A stretch of DNA of 64,000 nucleotides, from NCBI GenBank assembly GCA_965285935.1, contig OZ260662.1, positions 21,390,001 through 21,454,000 of the forward strand, written 5' to 3'. Numbering within the stretch: position 1 is the first letter of the stretch; the number at the start of each line of letters is the position of its first letter. Positions 1-14,760 of the stretch are shown in pieces. A program made the position numbers and the translations under genes. The notes under the pieces are model-generated. The model had not been told where the DNA came from and did not search any database. It saw nothing but the letters and a program-made list of their open reading frames with translations. This stretch comes from Ophelia neglecta (Eukaryota).

Positions 1-3000
1 TTCAGTAAATTCAAGCAAAGAACAATTTCCTTCATTTCGAATTATGTGTTAGATTCTGATGGGTGTTCATGATTTTGCGGTCCAGTCAGTACTAACTATT
101 ATGACTACATCAAATGACATACTCTTTAATCAGGTAAACGTGGTTTTTGGATATTTTATGGGTTTGAAGACTTTTGTATGCACCACCTGGCCTATGTATT
201 TAAATGCCAGCTGTTGCTCCTCCATCAAGCAATTCCAAAGGAATGCAGCAAACTCTTTCGATTAACGATTACTATTTTCAAACGTCGAACTAAAGAAAGG
301 AAACATTTGATTGGTCCTTATTATAAAATCTGCATGTTGTATCCGTCTGTTTGAGCCTTGCTTTATATGTTTTTCAACCTATGATAAACACGTTTGACAT
401 GAGTAGGACAATGACCTTTACGGACGAATATATTCTGTACGACAGGTAATTTGCTATGGGTTATTACATATGCCTATCACTGCAAGGAGCCTACATAAGT
501 AAGGCCTTGTTCCCTTTGATGACAAACATGTGGCTCGTCAAGGAAAAAATAATATAGATGTTCTTCAAGGGTGATGTTTGACATCCGCGTTCAGTATATT
601 CAATTATGCATGATTTCCCGAAGAAACTAAAGCATTCTAAAGGTCAGTTTTGGTCTGTTAGAAGGTTTTTAATCTGGCAATTAGGCCTTTCTTTGAGGGC
701 AAGAGCGCGAAAGAAAAATGCACTGTACATCAGGCTTGGAAATCTATTTCACACGGTCGATACTATTTTTATTCTTTCTTTAACACACACAAACAAAGTT
801 ACAATGGAACGGTTGCTGTTAAATGTGTGAACAAAAAGGAGAAAGCAGAGAAATGAACCCGCGAAGGCAAGGAAAAAAAGTATTTCGGTAGTCATTCCAA
901 GAAAGAACAAGCGTCAATACAGACATTTCTGCTACACTTGGATATGATACCCAGACGTATATTAAAACAGTTTTACAATTAAGTGTCGCATAAAGTATTC
1001 TAGGAAGCATGCAATAAAAATTAAAATTCCTGGAAATCAGAGGAACACGACGCTACATGACCATTTAAATGCTAAATGGATTCATCTCCATAACTTATAG
1101 TACAAGCATGTAATACATATTATTCAAGAACAGGGAAACGCCCACTAATTAATTTGGCAAGTTTGTATCCAATGGTCAAGGTATTTAAAGTCTGTTACTG
1201 AGAAAAATGACTATTTTAATTTAATATATATACAGGTACGAAATAGGTTCAAGCATGTGTTTTAATATATCAGGTAATCACAAAAGAAAGTAGATCACTG
1301 TTTCGCTGGGATCATGCGATTCGTGGAACAGCATCCTGTTTTTAACTTGTTGATGTATAATTAACACGAATGCTCGTATTGAGCCACTGAATTCGGGATG
1401 TTAAATAACAAGCACATATTATTCCCGCAGGAAGTATGACCTTCTCAGACTGCAAGGACCTTTAAATCCTTCACTTGGTGCTTGTCTATGGCCACATGTT
1501 TTTTCCTTTCACTCACACTTTTGTAAGGAAGCCTAGTCGACTTATATGGTGTATTTATTATTCGTCCTAACGTTGATGTGTCATAGTTTTACTCATTTGT
1601 TAAACTGAATTACACCTATTTGCAAGTCACATATAGGCCTATCAGATTTTATGAAATTTATTTCGCTTAATGACATTTAACATATTCAGTGTTAAAGCGT
1701 AAGTAGAGTTCCGACCCACTCAGTTGATATTTTTAGTATTGACAGTTGTTTGCTCTTCCGGGTTACCATTGATGTTTTTATTCTACATTAACCTTTGACG
1801 AGGAGTAGAGGGAACGGCTGGGGCTATTCGCGATTTATCGTTGGAAGGCTGGTCATTTCTTTACATGTACGTAAGAATATTTTTTGCAACTGTTGTGGTG
1901 AAGTCAATATATGTTCTGAATATCAGTAAGGATGTAATAAGTATTAATGTTATACTCAGATATGACACCTTGTTGATATGTTCGCACTAAACGTCCCTTG
2001 TTTTCCTTTAAGTAATATGTTAATGAATAAGTCCTTGAACCTCCTCCAACATACTTGCGATTCTTTACATCCTGTATTCTAAGTGAAAATCACTTCCCGC
2101 TGTGGGAAGACTAAAAGTCATTACGATCAATCTCACTGGTAAACATGTGGGACGGATTAGGAAGTGTCTTAGTCAAAAAGATATTGTCCTTTGTTCATGT
2201 GATGTTTATACCTCTGAATATAGCTTATATTACCTATGCTAACAACCTCAATTTATTAACCTTGTTAACCTTCACGCCTTTTTCTTTTTTTAGCTGAATT
2301 AATGTTTTCGTATGATCCCTCGCAGCTATATGACATGGTATAATTTATACACAGTATAAATATACATATAACACTTCCTGCCTTTGGAAGCCTAAAATCA
2401 TTAGGAGCAGTATAACCCCAAAATTGAAAATTATTGTGCATAAAAGGTTAATCATATTGAGGTAGACCAATAAAAGCAGGATTTTGCTACTGACAAGTCC
2501 TAAACTTGTGGTGTCCAAATAATGCAATCTCTTAGATTATAAATGACGAAATATTTGCATTTGTGTAACTTTTAAAATATTTAGGTAACAAATCATTAAT
2601 ACATTTAGTAGTCGGTTAACCTTCTGTATTGTGTTAGACCTCGGTTGCACGCACATAAAGTCACTGGTTTTGAAAAACCTCTTTAAACGCTCCCTGTTTT
2701 CTCCTGGGAAATAACATCAATTGAATAAGACGGCTATTGCACCTAGCTTTCGCAATTTAGTTGGCCTTATCATCCCATTTACCTCATTTCCGGTGCTATT
2801 TCTATGATTGGCAAAAATAAAAGTTTATTTACGATATGGACCTGGGATTTATGTTAGCGGTCCTGCCCCCAAAGTGATATTATGGTGTATTCAGCGCTTT
2901 AGAATTGTTTCCTTGGCGCCCCCTCACGTTTTTCTCAACGACTGGAAAATTTAGTATGTGTACCTCAAACAAAATAAAATGATGATTAAGTAATTGTAAC

Positions 3001-4914
3001 ATATCTATCCTGACAATTAATTTCGAGTTGGATTCCAATAGAACGGTTACATATGGTTACGCTTGGGATAGAGTGTGTGGATTTTTCTGCTGGTTTCTGA
3101 TGATTTCGAACTTATTAATAGACTTTTGTTGACCAATGACTTGGCTTTGTCTGCCGTTAATGTGTCTGGAAAATAAATTATTTTACTAACTTTAACGAGA
3201 GATTGACTGCGCTGGTCTGGAGAAAGGTATTCTCTAAGTCTTAGTCGAGTGGCTCATAGCTTCCTAAACCATTACACTCTGTTCTTCAGTACGAACAACA
3301 ATTAGGACATTTGGTAACAAAAAAGACAGAAGCCACCTGATAAGCCCGCACTACTAGGTTTATCCTTATAAAAAATAAATTTATACCGAAATCTTAAAAT
3401 GGTGTATAATTTTCACTGACATACAACCTTAATGATTCTTTATAAAGGAAAATAGATCCTTTATATACCATAATGAGGACAAACATATCCTGACTATGTG
3501 AAACTTCCCACCCTTCAGCAAACTTATCACTAATTCGTTTCCACAAATTGATAGATATATATCTAGATTTTGTAGGCCAAGTGTAAATTTATGTTATCAT
3601 GTGCGCGTTTTGATTAGGTGCGCGCACGCACAGTTTATTATGCATATGTGTAGCAACTCCTAATTCAGTTACACGCATACAATTCTTTTTATGTTTACTC
3701 CCCGGGTACCTTTTGGGCTAAAATTAGTTACAAATCTCTTATCATGAGAGTATTTGTGCAGGGCTGTGGGCTTGTTTTCGTTAGCAAGTGTCTCTGTAAA
3801 GTTCTATCGAGTCATTTTAAGGGAAATAAAGATGACGTAAGATTTTCTTATGACAGATTATATTCTCCAGTATCATGATAATAGGGTAAGGATATTATAT
3901 TTTCGTAGAAGTGTTGTTTCTGACCCAAAAGATACCGGATACGCGTCAGCATTGAGTTGTTGTCTGAACAGTCAATAACCTCGTCGCTAGGGCTTTTAGT
4001 GGCCTTAAGACTTTCGATGCACAGCATGTTAAAATATGGCGTGCTATGGTGAACTCTTATCAATTTGTTCTATGAAACCTTCGGCCTTTTTCCCAGACAC
4101 GTTAAAATGTCAGAGTTCGGTCATGTGTGCGCTCACGATTATACTGTTCCACCTGTTTGAAAACCTTAGCCCAGATTACAGGGGCATGATTTTATGACAG
4201 AGAGAGAACAACTTATCACAAAAAGTTTATTATAAAACTGATGCAAGTACAACAGAAGATAAGATGGATATTCTTAACGGGCATTACGACGCTAGAAATG
4301 GGTTAAAACCATTAATTTTGTTAGGCCCTTTTCTCCAATTCCCAACTGTTCTATTGGGCTGTTATTTTTACGACTACTAATCATTTTGGTATTTCAACAA
4401 AATGCCTGCTAGAGGCAGATGTTGTCCTTTTTACTAAGTGACACAATATAAATGAAAAGCATCCTCTCAAAAGGAATAAATAATAATAATAATATGTAAC
4501 CAGTTTATCTCAATGTACCACTGGCCTTGAGAACTAGTACAATTCCATGAGAGAGTTCATCAGGCCCAAGGAGAGGTAAATTACAGCCGATGACTTTTAG
4601 ACTTTCCTTGTTTAGGTTCTAGTTGCCAAACAGATGGACAGTGATTTACTGAGATCATGGTTTTAAGAAACAATTACTTAGTATCTCCGATGTCGCTAGG
4701 GGCGTTTAGTAAATAACCCGAATGGTAAGATCATAGTTGGTGTCCGAATTCAAATCATTACATTAACTCGAATTATCAGACAACTGCTATAAAGTTTCAT
4801 AGTTTCCTCTCCTTGAACTAGCAAGGCTTAAGGAAGACCAGTACCAGCCCAGTAAGAGGACATATCGGTTTCACAGTATGTACCGTCAACCTGGGATGAT
4901 GAATGTATACTTAC

Positions 4915-4938
4915 CTGAAGTACCTTCTACACTTTTAC
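4915..4938 (-). other. Candidate 24-nt symmetric micro-exon of an unidentified host gene
   Basis: Minus strand reads ttctcctggtcattttttatag|GTAAAAGTGTAGAAGGTACTTCAG|gtaagt: pyrimidine-rich acceptor, consensus donor, length divisible by 3, open in phase 1 (xKSVEGTS). No homology evidence. Confidence 0.3.
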
Positions 4939-7900
4939 CTATAAAAAATGACCAGGAGAAAGATGTGCTCTTACTATATTACCCAGTGAAAGGAAAAATG
5001 TGGTAAAATGTGAAATTTAATTATCAACTGAATCAGACCGGTAGTGTATAGCAAATATCAACAAGGGTAAGCCAGGCACAAAGCAAAGCCCAAGCCTGCA
5101 AAGGGCCTTGAAATGAACATTACTCATAGGAAATATCAAATGATATCCACATATCCAAAACATATTACCCACTGATCTGTTTTATGCCATTATCGTTAAG
5201 CGGCGGTATGTACCCTGATATGGCTTGAGTGCCAAAACGACATAAGATAATGCTTCTTTTTCAATTTTAACTTTTTTTAACTCTTTTTTCATATGATTCT
5301 CTGTGGATTGTTGATTTCAAGCATTGCTTAAGTTCGCGCAGTAAGTAGCCTTATCCCACGTACTGTCTTTTGTGTGATAAGGCTAATACTTTTCGCGTTG
5401 ATATGATTATTGAAACGGTAGCCTACTTCCAGCGCACCACTAGCCTAAATTTCACGGGTAATTAAAAGTTGCGCGAAATTACCCCACTTTACAGGGGTAA
5501 AATGGAAGATGCTGAATAACGTGTAATTTCGCGCAGTAAGTGGTCTTATTCCGGGGCATCCTGCTTGGCATAAGTCTACTTCGTGGTCCCTCTTTGCAAA
5601 CCTATCCTTTTGACCACCTTATAGATCTGACAAAGAGGCGATACCGCAGCTAGTTAAATCAGAAACAAGCCACGCCTGGAGAAAACTAGAGGCTTTGTGC
5701 TGCGCTTTGTGTCTAGGTCGGAACAGACTTGCCGGAAGAAGCACGAAATCCTACCTTAATAAGGTCCTAGTTTTGCTTCTAGAGGAGTCTTTGAAATGGT
5801 ACTTTTTGCCACACTATCCACGTGAGACCAGAAAACCAAATAAACATGAAAGAAGAAGAGAATATTTCCGGGTTTTATTGTGGTAATAGACGTTCGTTAT
5901 GTCTATATCAGTCCATGACAACCTGGGGTTTGCGGGGCACGAGACAAATTAAACAGCTATAGACGTCAACAAAAAGCAAGCGATGAGGTTGTGTCGAATT
6001 TCCCGTTTGCTTTGATGTTGCGAGTATTCAAATGCTTAACAGGCGGACGAGTTGGTAAACTTTTCTTCCTGACTACAGTCATTACCCCGGAACATTGGTT
6101 CCTGTGGCTTGAAAAGACGTATAGTGTATTTACATGACTTTGTTTGGAAATGCCAAGGCTATGTGTTATAAGAAGAAACCTTTTCTATTATACTAATAGT
6201 ATCAACAGTGAGAATGAAATGGTTTGGTATCACACTACACAAATAACATGTTTATTTGGCAAAATGGATTGCAGTTCATCTTACCAAGAAATACGAATAT
6301 AAAGGTGGTTTTAACAACGATACAATAACGTATTAATGTAGTTTCACGTTTTAATAGATACTTCATGTACTTTTTATACAGTTGCGTACTACTAAAGAAT
6401 GTCCGTTAATATAAATTTGATTGTTTGATACAGATTAAAATCATTAAACAATAGCTCCTCTAACATTGCTTCCTCTTCAATGCTATACTTGTTATATTTT
6501 AACAAAATACGCTCATTTGTTTTAGTATCACACATAAATCACCAAATTTTGCTGCAATTTTTGTTCCAGAATAATCCTTGATGAAATAGTTACTCATTAA
6601 TACACAACACAGTGTTTTACACTAATAGAAAAATATAACATACCACGACAAAAGAGAAGTGGCGATTGGAATCCTTAGGATCCGTGTTCCCTTTATGTGT
6701 GTGACCTGTTCAGCTACCAGGTAGGTTAAGAATCAACTTCAAACGAGCCGAAAGCATATGGCTTAGTGACACCTAGCGTGATTTCTGTTTACCAAAGGTT
6801 ATGATCGCAGGCGGGGGGGGGATACGACCACCTAATGATGGATAGGAATTCTAACAAGCGGGAGATTTACACGCATACATAACTGATTTAAAGAAAGTTA
6901 CAAATTACCGTCATTATAAAAGAGCCATTAGATGTAATCATCGTGCGCCCGCTAGGCATACGCTATGAAAAACGACTTGTTTGTTTGATGATGATGAAAT
7001 GGCTTTGCATATGTACTATTTCATCTGGGTTAAAGTGTCAAATTACCGACATGTTGAACATTTTATAACGAAACGTGACATTTGGGAATGTTTCAAACAT
7101 CCATTTTGTCTCTTTATGACACTTGATGCCGTTCTTACTAGTTATAAGTCATTATAAAACAAAGCTCCAAGCGCAATATCGTAATGGTGATTATAAATCA
7201 TAATAGAAACCCAGTTGATTTCCTCTTGTATGCCGATGACTCTCATTTGTGTGCAGCTTTCAATTCTCGTTGCTTCCTGACCAATTTGAGAATTCTAAGG
7301 CCTAGATGGAGCAATGCATTCAGTGTGTCCGTACTGAGTAGATCAAATTCTCTTAACCCAATAATGAATAAATGGAGTTTCTTTCCATGCACCCTAGTAT
7401 TGCTCACAGGTGCAATGAGAATGTCATTATCTGCATTTGCTCCATGAATATCTCACTATGTGGTCCCGCTAGTAATATTGGTGTCCAGTTTCAAGCTAAT
7501 AGTGCACTTGATCAATTCAATATTGTGTGCAAGACAGAGAAACAGCTATAAACATTCATCTAAGCTGAAAATGCTGGAAGCACCCACTTATTTCAACACC
7601 TAAGGAGTGAAAAGCGAAATATATCACTCAAAGCCTTTGCAGTATTTTACCTTGTAGGTGTTAAAACAATGGCACCTAGAACCTACATATAAATGATCCA
7701 AAGAGAGTTATCGATCGTATATTGAGTCTCTTTAAGCTTCAAGCAATACATACTTACTCCCTTCCTACCTAGACAAAATTGCAACGCTCCAGAACGGGCC
7801 AGTAAGATTAATCACGAGATTGAACAGAAATTCTCAAACTGTGCCTTTATTTATTAGGGAGAAAATGCTTAAACCCCCTTGCGCAACTTATATATTTTCC

Positions 7901-9132
7901 GCTCCCAATATTTACCAACATACCACTCTGCCGCTGACATGTAATAATGGGTTAAGGGGATAGTTGCCATTTTAAAAAGCTGCTATTTCATTTAATTTTG
8001 CCGGAAAGTGTGTCCTTATATTATGTTATCTTATTCTTTATGTTTCCGGTCTTCTAAGTTAAGTTTTTTTTGCCATGTACAGCCACAGCTGCGGATTTCA
8101 TAGCTATTTTAATTTTGTTCTTTATTATACTCTATTGTATAGACTTGAACTTTTGAACCTTTGTTCATTGTAAATGTAGGTAACATATATACAAAAGGTG
8201 CATAATATGTCTTAAGTAATGTATTTATATTCCAATGACCTTCATAAGGCCGCACACAATTTGTACAAATGTATAATGGCCACTGCGATATTCTGATAAA
8301 TAAAGTATAAACGGAATAATTAAACATATCAAATAATAACTTGGATATGTAATCCAAATACTTTGTCACGTGAACTAGATAAAAAGTCCAGACTGAGACT
8401 ACTATACCTTGCTATATGTACTAAGATTTGGGGTTCGTCGGTCTATAAATACAAGGTTATAGAGACAGACAAATTATAAGTAGACTTATTTATCTTTCAC
8501 CGTCCTAATTGTCACCTAACTGACAATAGGCTTATATGCAAGTTAAAACTGTTCTCAGAAGAAGAAACCATAAATACTTCGAGCTAAAATTGGTCCAAAA
8601 AATTTGCAGCCAGGCGACTTATTTTTCCAGTAAACGAGACCCGGAGGACATTCCAGCCAGGTACTAGGCTTTATAAAATAAAATAACACATAATGACAGG
8701 ACATCAGATCAAGAAGACCAGCAGGCGGTAACAAAAGCATTTATCAAAATTAAAGCTTTAGATCTAGAACATTCTTTTCCCCGTTATAGCTAGACCTGTT
8801 GGGTTCTATTCACCAGACTTCGTTAAGAATTGCTTTTAGTTGCCACACCTCCGGACGAATGTTTCAGAGGAACACTCCCAGCGAGGTACTATCTGCAAAT
8901 CTTGCAATAGACTGCTATGCTCTTTACTCATACCTGAACGGTGCACCTGACAAATGGGAGGTTATAAAACCAAAGCTCTATTCTCTCTTCTTAATAACTC
9001 TCTTTAAGCAGGACTCCCGGCGGCCTTGTTTGAGGTGTAGGTGACTCGTTGAAATAATACCACCGTAGCCCAATACCACCGAGAGCCCAGCTCGAGATGG
9101 TATTATTTTCAAGAGTCGCCGACACCGAGTTA

Positions 9133-9509
9133 GGGACGGACCATTCAATATCTGGGGGGGGGGAGGGCGACAAATTTTTAAAAAAAAATTGTTTGTTTCT
9201 GGTTATGCATAAAAAAAATTGTTTGTTTCTGACTCTGGAAAAAATAAATTGTTTGTCTGATATTCAAAAAGATTAACAAACCAAAGGCTCCTGCTAACTA
9301 TGAACGCGAACACTGCCTTTATTTTAAAGTTTGATCAAGGCTAGGGAAAAAATATTTGACAGAAATTTGTTAGAAAAAAAATTGTTTGCTTCCCAGATAG
9401 GAAAAAATAAATTGTTTGTTTGTCCAAAGCTAGAACATTTTTTGTTTCACTAGAAAATATTTTGTCGCCCCCCCCCCCCCCCCCCCCCAAATATCTAATG
9501 GTGCGTCCC
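9133..9509. mobile_element. PIF/Harbinger-type (Tourist-like) MITE
   Basis: TIRs GGGACGGACCATTCAATATCTG(G)n..GGGCGACAAA and TTTGTCGCC(C)nAAATATCTAATGGTGCGTCCC; TTA on both sides (9130-9132, 9510-9512); internal AAAAAAATTGTTTG repeats; no ORF. Confidence 0.85.
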
Positions 9510-10599
9510 TTATAAGCTTTATTTGCATGATAACCAAGTGTGGTTCAATTCGAAATTTGTGTCCACAATGAGCCGTTTGGTAAAGCTGGACTTGCGTGCT
9601 TGCAAACATATTGATGCTCGCTCATATATTTTCCTAAATGTCGGATGAACTTATCTAGATTTAAGAACTTTTAGTCAAGTATCAGCTTCTCTTCTTACCA
9701 TTATTGATGTACATATCCCTTTTTGGGTGTGTTTCAATGTGAACACTGTGCGGCTTTGGATGTCAAACAAGTCTTCTCATTTTCAGAACATGTGTTTGTA
9801 TAAACATAATTGGCTTCTCACCAGAGAACAGTATGTTTGATTTTATGGGATTAATGGAAACGAAAATGAAGGAAAAGAGATGATATGATTACTTAGTTTG
9901 TTAGGAACAAACAACAGGTTTGTTCAAACAATAAATCCAATTAAATTCTTGTTATATATACTAAGAATCTTATGAAATAATCGCGTTGCGCTCTTATTTT
10001 CCATCAATTTGGTATTAAATGTATTTACATCATGGCAAATGCTTCTTTTATACTCTCAACATCGAAAATATTTAACATTGTACTGTGCCCTATTTAGTCC
10101 TATTTCAGAATTCGGTGTCATTTTTGCCACGAGTAGAGTTTTAAAATATGACACTGGTGGATGAAATTTGTTACGATTAAAATGAGAGGTATATTAAAAT
10201 TAGTTTGTCATTCTATATTTTTGTTGATACCCAGGTTTAAATTGGCGTTTTTGGAAAATATGAGACTAAGCGGGTTTATAAATTCATGACAAACATGATT
10301 TTACAATTAAAGCATGCTGGCATCTCCCTCTGGAAAATAATAATAGATTAAAATATCAAAACATACCCTGGTTTATACTTGTACTTAAAATTAACAGCAC
10401 CGTATAAGCCATACTTTAGGCATTGTTATGAATCATTTAGTTTGCATACTTGGAAATTACTAGTCCATATCAAAATTTGATTCAATTGCAGCAAAATGCT
10501 TAACATCAATTGTAATTAGAAGAAATGTAATTATAATATAGTTTTTTGTTCTGCGCTTTGTCAAATAATGTATTTACCACGATGAACTGGGTCCGTGGT

Positions 10600-11010
10600 G
10601 GTTGGAGTGGAGCAGGCTGGTTATCACCATCTGCCTCAAACACATCACTCTCCAATGGCAAACATATGCTTTGCAGACAACAAGCAGCCAAGATTATCTT
10701 GTTTAGCTCCTCAATTTCAAATGTGAATCCCATAATTGAGTCTAAAAAACCTGCCCTTTAAGAAACTGAATACACGACTAATGATCTGCCTTTTCGACGG
10801 CAACACATTGTAGCTTGTTACCTTTTGAGAAGGTCATGGTTTCGATATGGGGCCATTATCCAACTTATTAGCGGGTGTCTCCAAGTAGATGATAGTTGTC
10901 ACAATTGTTTGCACCACTTTCCCATAAACTTGATCTTCTAAGAACAGAGGCATCTAGCACACGACCTGCCACTCTTAAGCTGACATTTATGAAAGTACGG
11001 TATTTTCTGG
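10600..11010 (-). pseudogene. Highly degenerate Harbinger (DDE_Tnp_4/HARBI1-like) transposase, C-terminal part
   Basis: Manual minus-strand translation gives FINVSLRVAGRVLDASVLRRSSL (cf. GSVHDARVLRNS), YHLLGD, FLKGRFFRL and NKIILAACCLQSIC (cf. IIxACCxLHNxC), with stops and frameshifts. Boundaries approximate. Confidence 0.6.
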
Positions 11011-14000
11011 AACCAAAAGTATGCATATTCTTTATAAGTCTAGACAACATTTAATCGTATATAATAGACATGAAATTAAGTCGGCCCAGGGTTATAATAT
11101 GACTCTCTCGGTATCGCTGAATTTGTTTGGATGACATGTAAGAGCATGTGTACAGAGAACGAACGCCTTGGGCTAAGTCTTTGACATGTCGTGTCAATCC
11201 ACTTATACAGATCAATATATCGCGAATAGAGCCTTTGGGTCGGCCAACTATGGTTAGTGATCTTCAGCCTGCAGCGCATCACGTCATTATTGGGCGTGGT
11301 TGGTTCATGTTTATGTTGTAAATCGGCGTGTCGTGTCCTTTTAGCTGTTCACTGACAAGGACGAAGACGTCACTATGGATGTCGCCATTTCATTTATGAA
11401 GGGTGAGGAGGAAAGGGGGGGGGGGGGCAGGATTCCAAGAAATGCGACTCAATTCAAGACAATGGCTGTTTTCGATCAAGCACTGCTTTAGATGACACTC
11501 TGTGATTTTTTTATCGAGTTGCTATCGTTCTGTTGACAGTTTTATCGTCAGAAACCGTCTGCTGCCGGGCCCATCAAAAATTAATCCCTATTTCATTAAC
11601 AGTAAATATACAAACGAACTAAATCATGACAAATTCAACTTCAATATATCACTTACAATGAAAAGTAGTGAATAATTTCCACTATGAAATACACCTTAGG
11701 CGAGTCTGTGTCGGACCAAACTTTCCATAGAAGACAGGTCAAGAAGACAGGAATAGAAAAAAAAATCTGCGATTTGGAAATCTTAAGATTGTTATTAGCA
11801 GAGAATATACCGAGTGTTTTACAATATGGTTGAATTAATTTCATGTTTTGCATCTTAATTCTAATATTTTGTTACGAAAGCAAAATTTATGACCCGTACT
11901 GTCGAATAGAAAGAGGACTTGAGGCCATGCACAGAGTCTGACATCCACGCTTAAACCCCCCATGACTGGATCTCCGTAAGAATTATTCTGAGGCGGAGTT
12001 TCAAATACATTACATTTCTTATCAATACGAGCTGCGCATAGAGGGTCACTTTCTTGTCTGTTTAACTATACCATAGGATTTGCTCAATAACTATGTCATT
12101 CAAGATGTACACTATGGAACTTTCCACCTTCTATCGTTTAAGCATACACTGTTTGCAATCGCCCGAAAACGTCAAGAAGAGCTTCGATAAATACGCACAA
12201 ACACGAAGAGCTGACAAACTGGTGAACTTATGGTGAAAACTTATGGAAACTGGTGAAAAATATAGAAGAGAAAAAAACTGAGACTTCGCTAAGAGCTAGA
12301 TAGACTAGCCTCTGTGAGCGAGCCGCACAGAACTCTCCCAGTGGCAGTGTCAGCTTTTCTTCGTAGGGCTTAGAGCACGCTACTCCAATATCTGGTTCGG
12401 CAACCAAACTGACAACAATCGTTGAAAATGCCAATATATTCACGTTGAAGAACGACAAAAAGTTGGATGAAATGGCTGGAGTCCTTGCCCAGGGGCACAG
12501 AAATTCCCTGTTCAAAGCGCGACGCGAATCGCGCAAAACAGGGGATCAAACACCAGGTAGGTCGAATAATAATAACACAGCTATTCATATATTATTTTTC
12601 GCAAAATATCAGAAAAAATTAAGCCCAATGCTGTGGGATTTATTTTTACTGGAGTATTTAAAAATCTAACTGTCCGCTAAAATAGCCCAGGCGGATGTCA
12701 ATGCTATATTGAATAAAATTCAATAAAACACAAACCTTTCAAACTGGGAGGCCACGAGGCACTTTCATTACGGGCCTCGTGTAAACGACGAAAGAAAAAT
12801 CCGCTGGGAAAGCAGCAAAGCCTCTTAGAAAGAGATTGTATGCGAACAATAACAACTCTACCCTAACTCTTTCATATCCGATTTAACGACGCATAAGCAC
12901 CATGTAAGCCATCTAGCGTTTTTAGCTGGGTATATTTCATGTATGTATCAGAAACGTGTTAATTCATATTAACATATAGTAATGGTATCATAATGTAAAG
13001 CTAAAATTTGTTAAAACAAATTTCTAGGTGTACGGATCAGAAATCTTTGATCCTATTTAAATGCATTAGTAAAGGGTCATAAAAAGTTAGTGAGTGAATA
13101 TACAGGTAAAAAGGGATTTTAAACTGCTCAACATTTAAAAAGTCGTTTCTATTTTCGAGATCTACTGCATTTTGAAGTTAAGATCTAATGCTCTTAAATA
13201 TTACAGATCCTTACAAACCGACTTTTTAAGTTGTATACATTATAAAACGGTTTCTAGCTTCCAAGAAAATGAACTCCAAAAGGATATGTTCGATAGTGAC
13301 CTGGCACTGACAACCGTCACAAAATGGTGGATCCTATCTCTTTAGAAGATAAGAGTAAGTAGAATGAGGCGAAATGTTGTCTTAATCATTGTAATTATAG
13401 TTTGGCAGATCGCGTTTAATTTGTTTTCTGTGGCGTGGCCTGATTCCAGGGTGTCAGTCATAGTTTCCGACTATGTTCCTTGATAGGTCTTTCTTAGTCA
13501 GAGAATACATGTTGACAGGAGAGTTTTGAACGTTTGTCTGCACCCTCGTTTACTTTGATGCCTATTTGGCTCGGCACCCGTAGAAGGACAATGTCTTTTA
13601 TCTCGGGTGAGGATTATGTTAATTGACTCTCGCCCGGAAAGAACCAAGGTTTTTGCCCTGTTGAAGCCTTCCAGAGCCTCGAGGGAATACATAGATTCCG
13701 TAGCGATAACAAATCGTCTGTCATGAGACTGAATTGTATAGTCTAGTGCCCGACCGATGTCAGTTAGTTCTCCTGTACCTGTAGAACTATCGACAGGAAG
13801 GCTTAACCGAGAATTGCAGGCCGGCTTGACTGCCTCCGCCGCCACCTTCAGTAACAGTATGAAACAAATGGAAGTGACAATCCACACAAATATTGTCAGT
13901 TGTAACTCTGAAGAATGAAGTTTAGCTTGAACACACCTAGATGCCCTGTGGAGAGACTTTTTGTTCACATTCAGATTCATACTCAGTTGTATTTATTCGA

Positions 14001-14760
14001 CCATAGTAAAATGAACATGTACAATGATGGATGGTAAGTTGAAGTTATAATTATGGTCATGGAGACCCTCACTAAGATTTAGGTAATCGCTAGCGTCGGA
14101 GCCACCATAATATAACACTGAGTGTATATATGGGTACTGGAAATAACAAAATAACTACAAACTATTTGTTTGATAATAAGTCGGGGTAAATAATTTAAAT
14201 AAATTCGCATGCACACATCACACCAACCTATTAAAGTAAAATTTATAATTATATACTGCACAAGTAGACATAAGATTATCCCTGTTACATACAAGGAATC
14301 CTCCCCTTCGCCAAAGGAAGAATACACCAGAGGAAGGATAAGCTACGATGATTAGCCACCAGTGTTGTGAATACTTCCAGCTCGGACGGCATATAAATTA
14401 CATTATGGACAGCCGACCAGTCAATGCAGGAATCACAAAACAACAGTAAATTGCAGTTCCAACGTTGGCAATTTTGTGACTTGCTTAAGCGACACAAAAA
14501 ACACTATTTGCTGATTAAGCTTGCTTTGAGTAGAGCATTAACTTATGAAAAGTGCAGTCATTTGTAGACCCCTAGGACTTCAACTTGTGAAGTTCCAAGT
14601 TTATATTCCGTAAAAGGGCGCCATCAATGTATTGTTTTATATTTGTGTGAGGAGTTGTTAATGGCTTACATTATTCATCGAAAGCAGTTGCTTGGGCACG
14701 TCCGGTCAAATTTTGAGTTCCTAATCATTTTTGAAAACTTCCTGGAACAGTCGCCTTTTA

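Noticed and set aside
13498-13980. 160-aa minus-strand ORF
   Set aside because: No recognisable domain or splice context; likely chance or a very old TE fragment.
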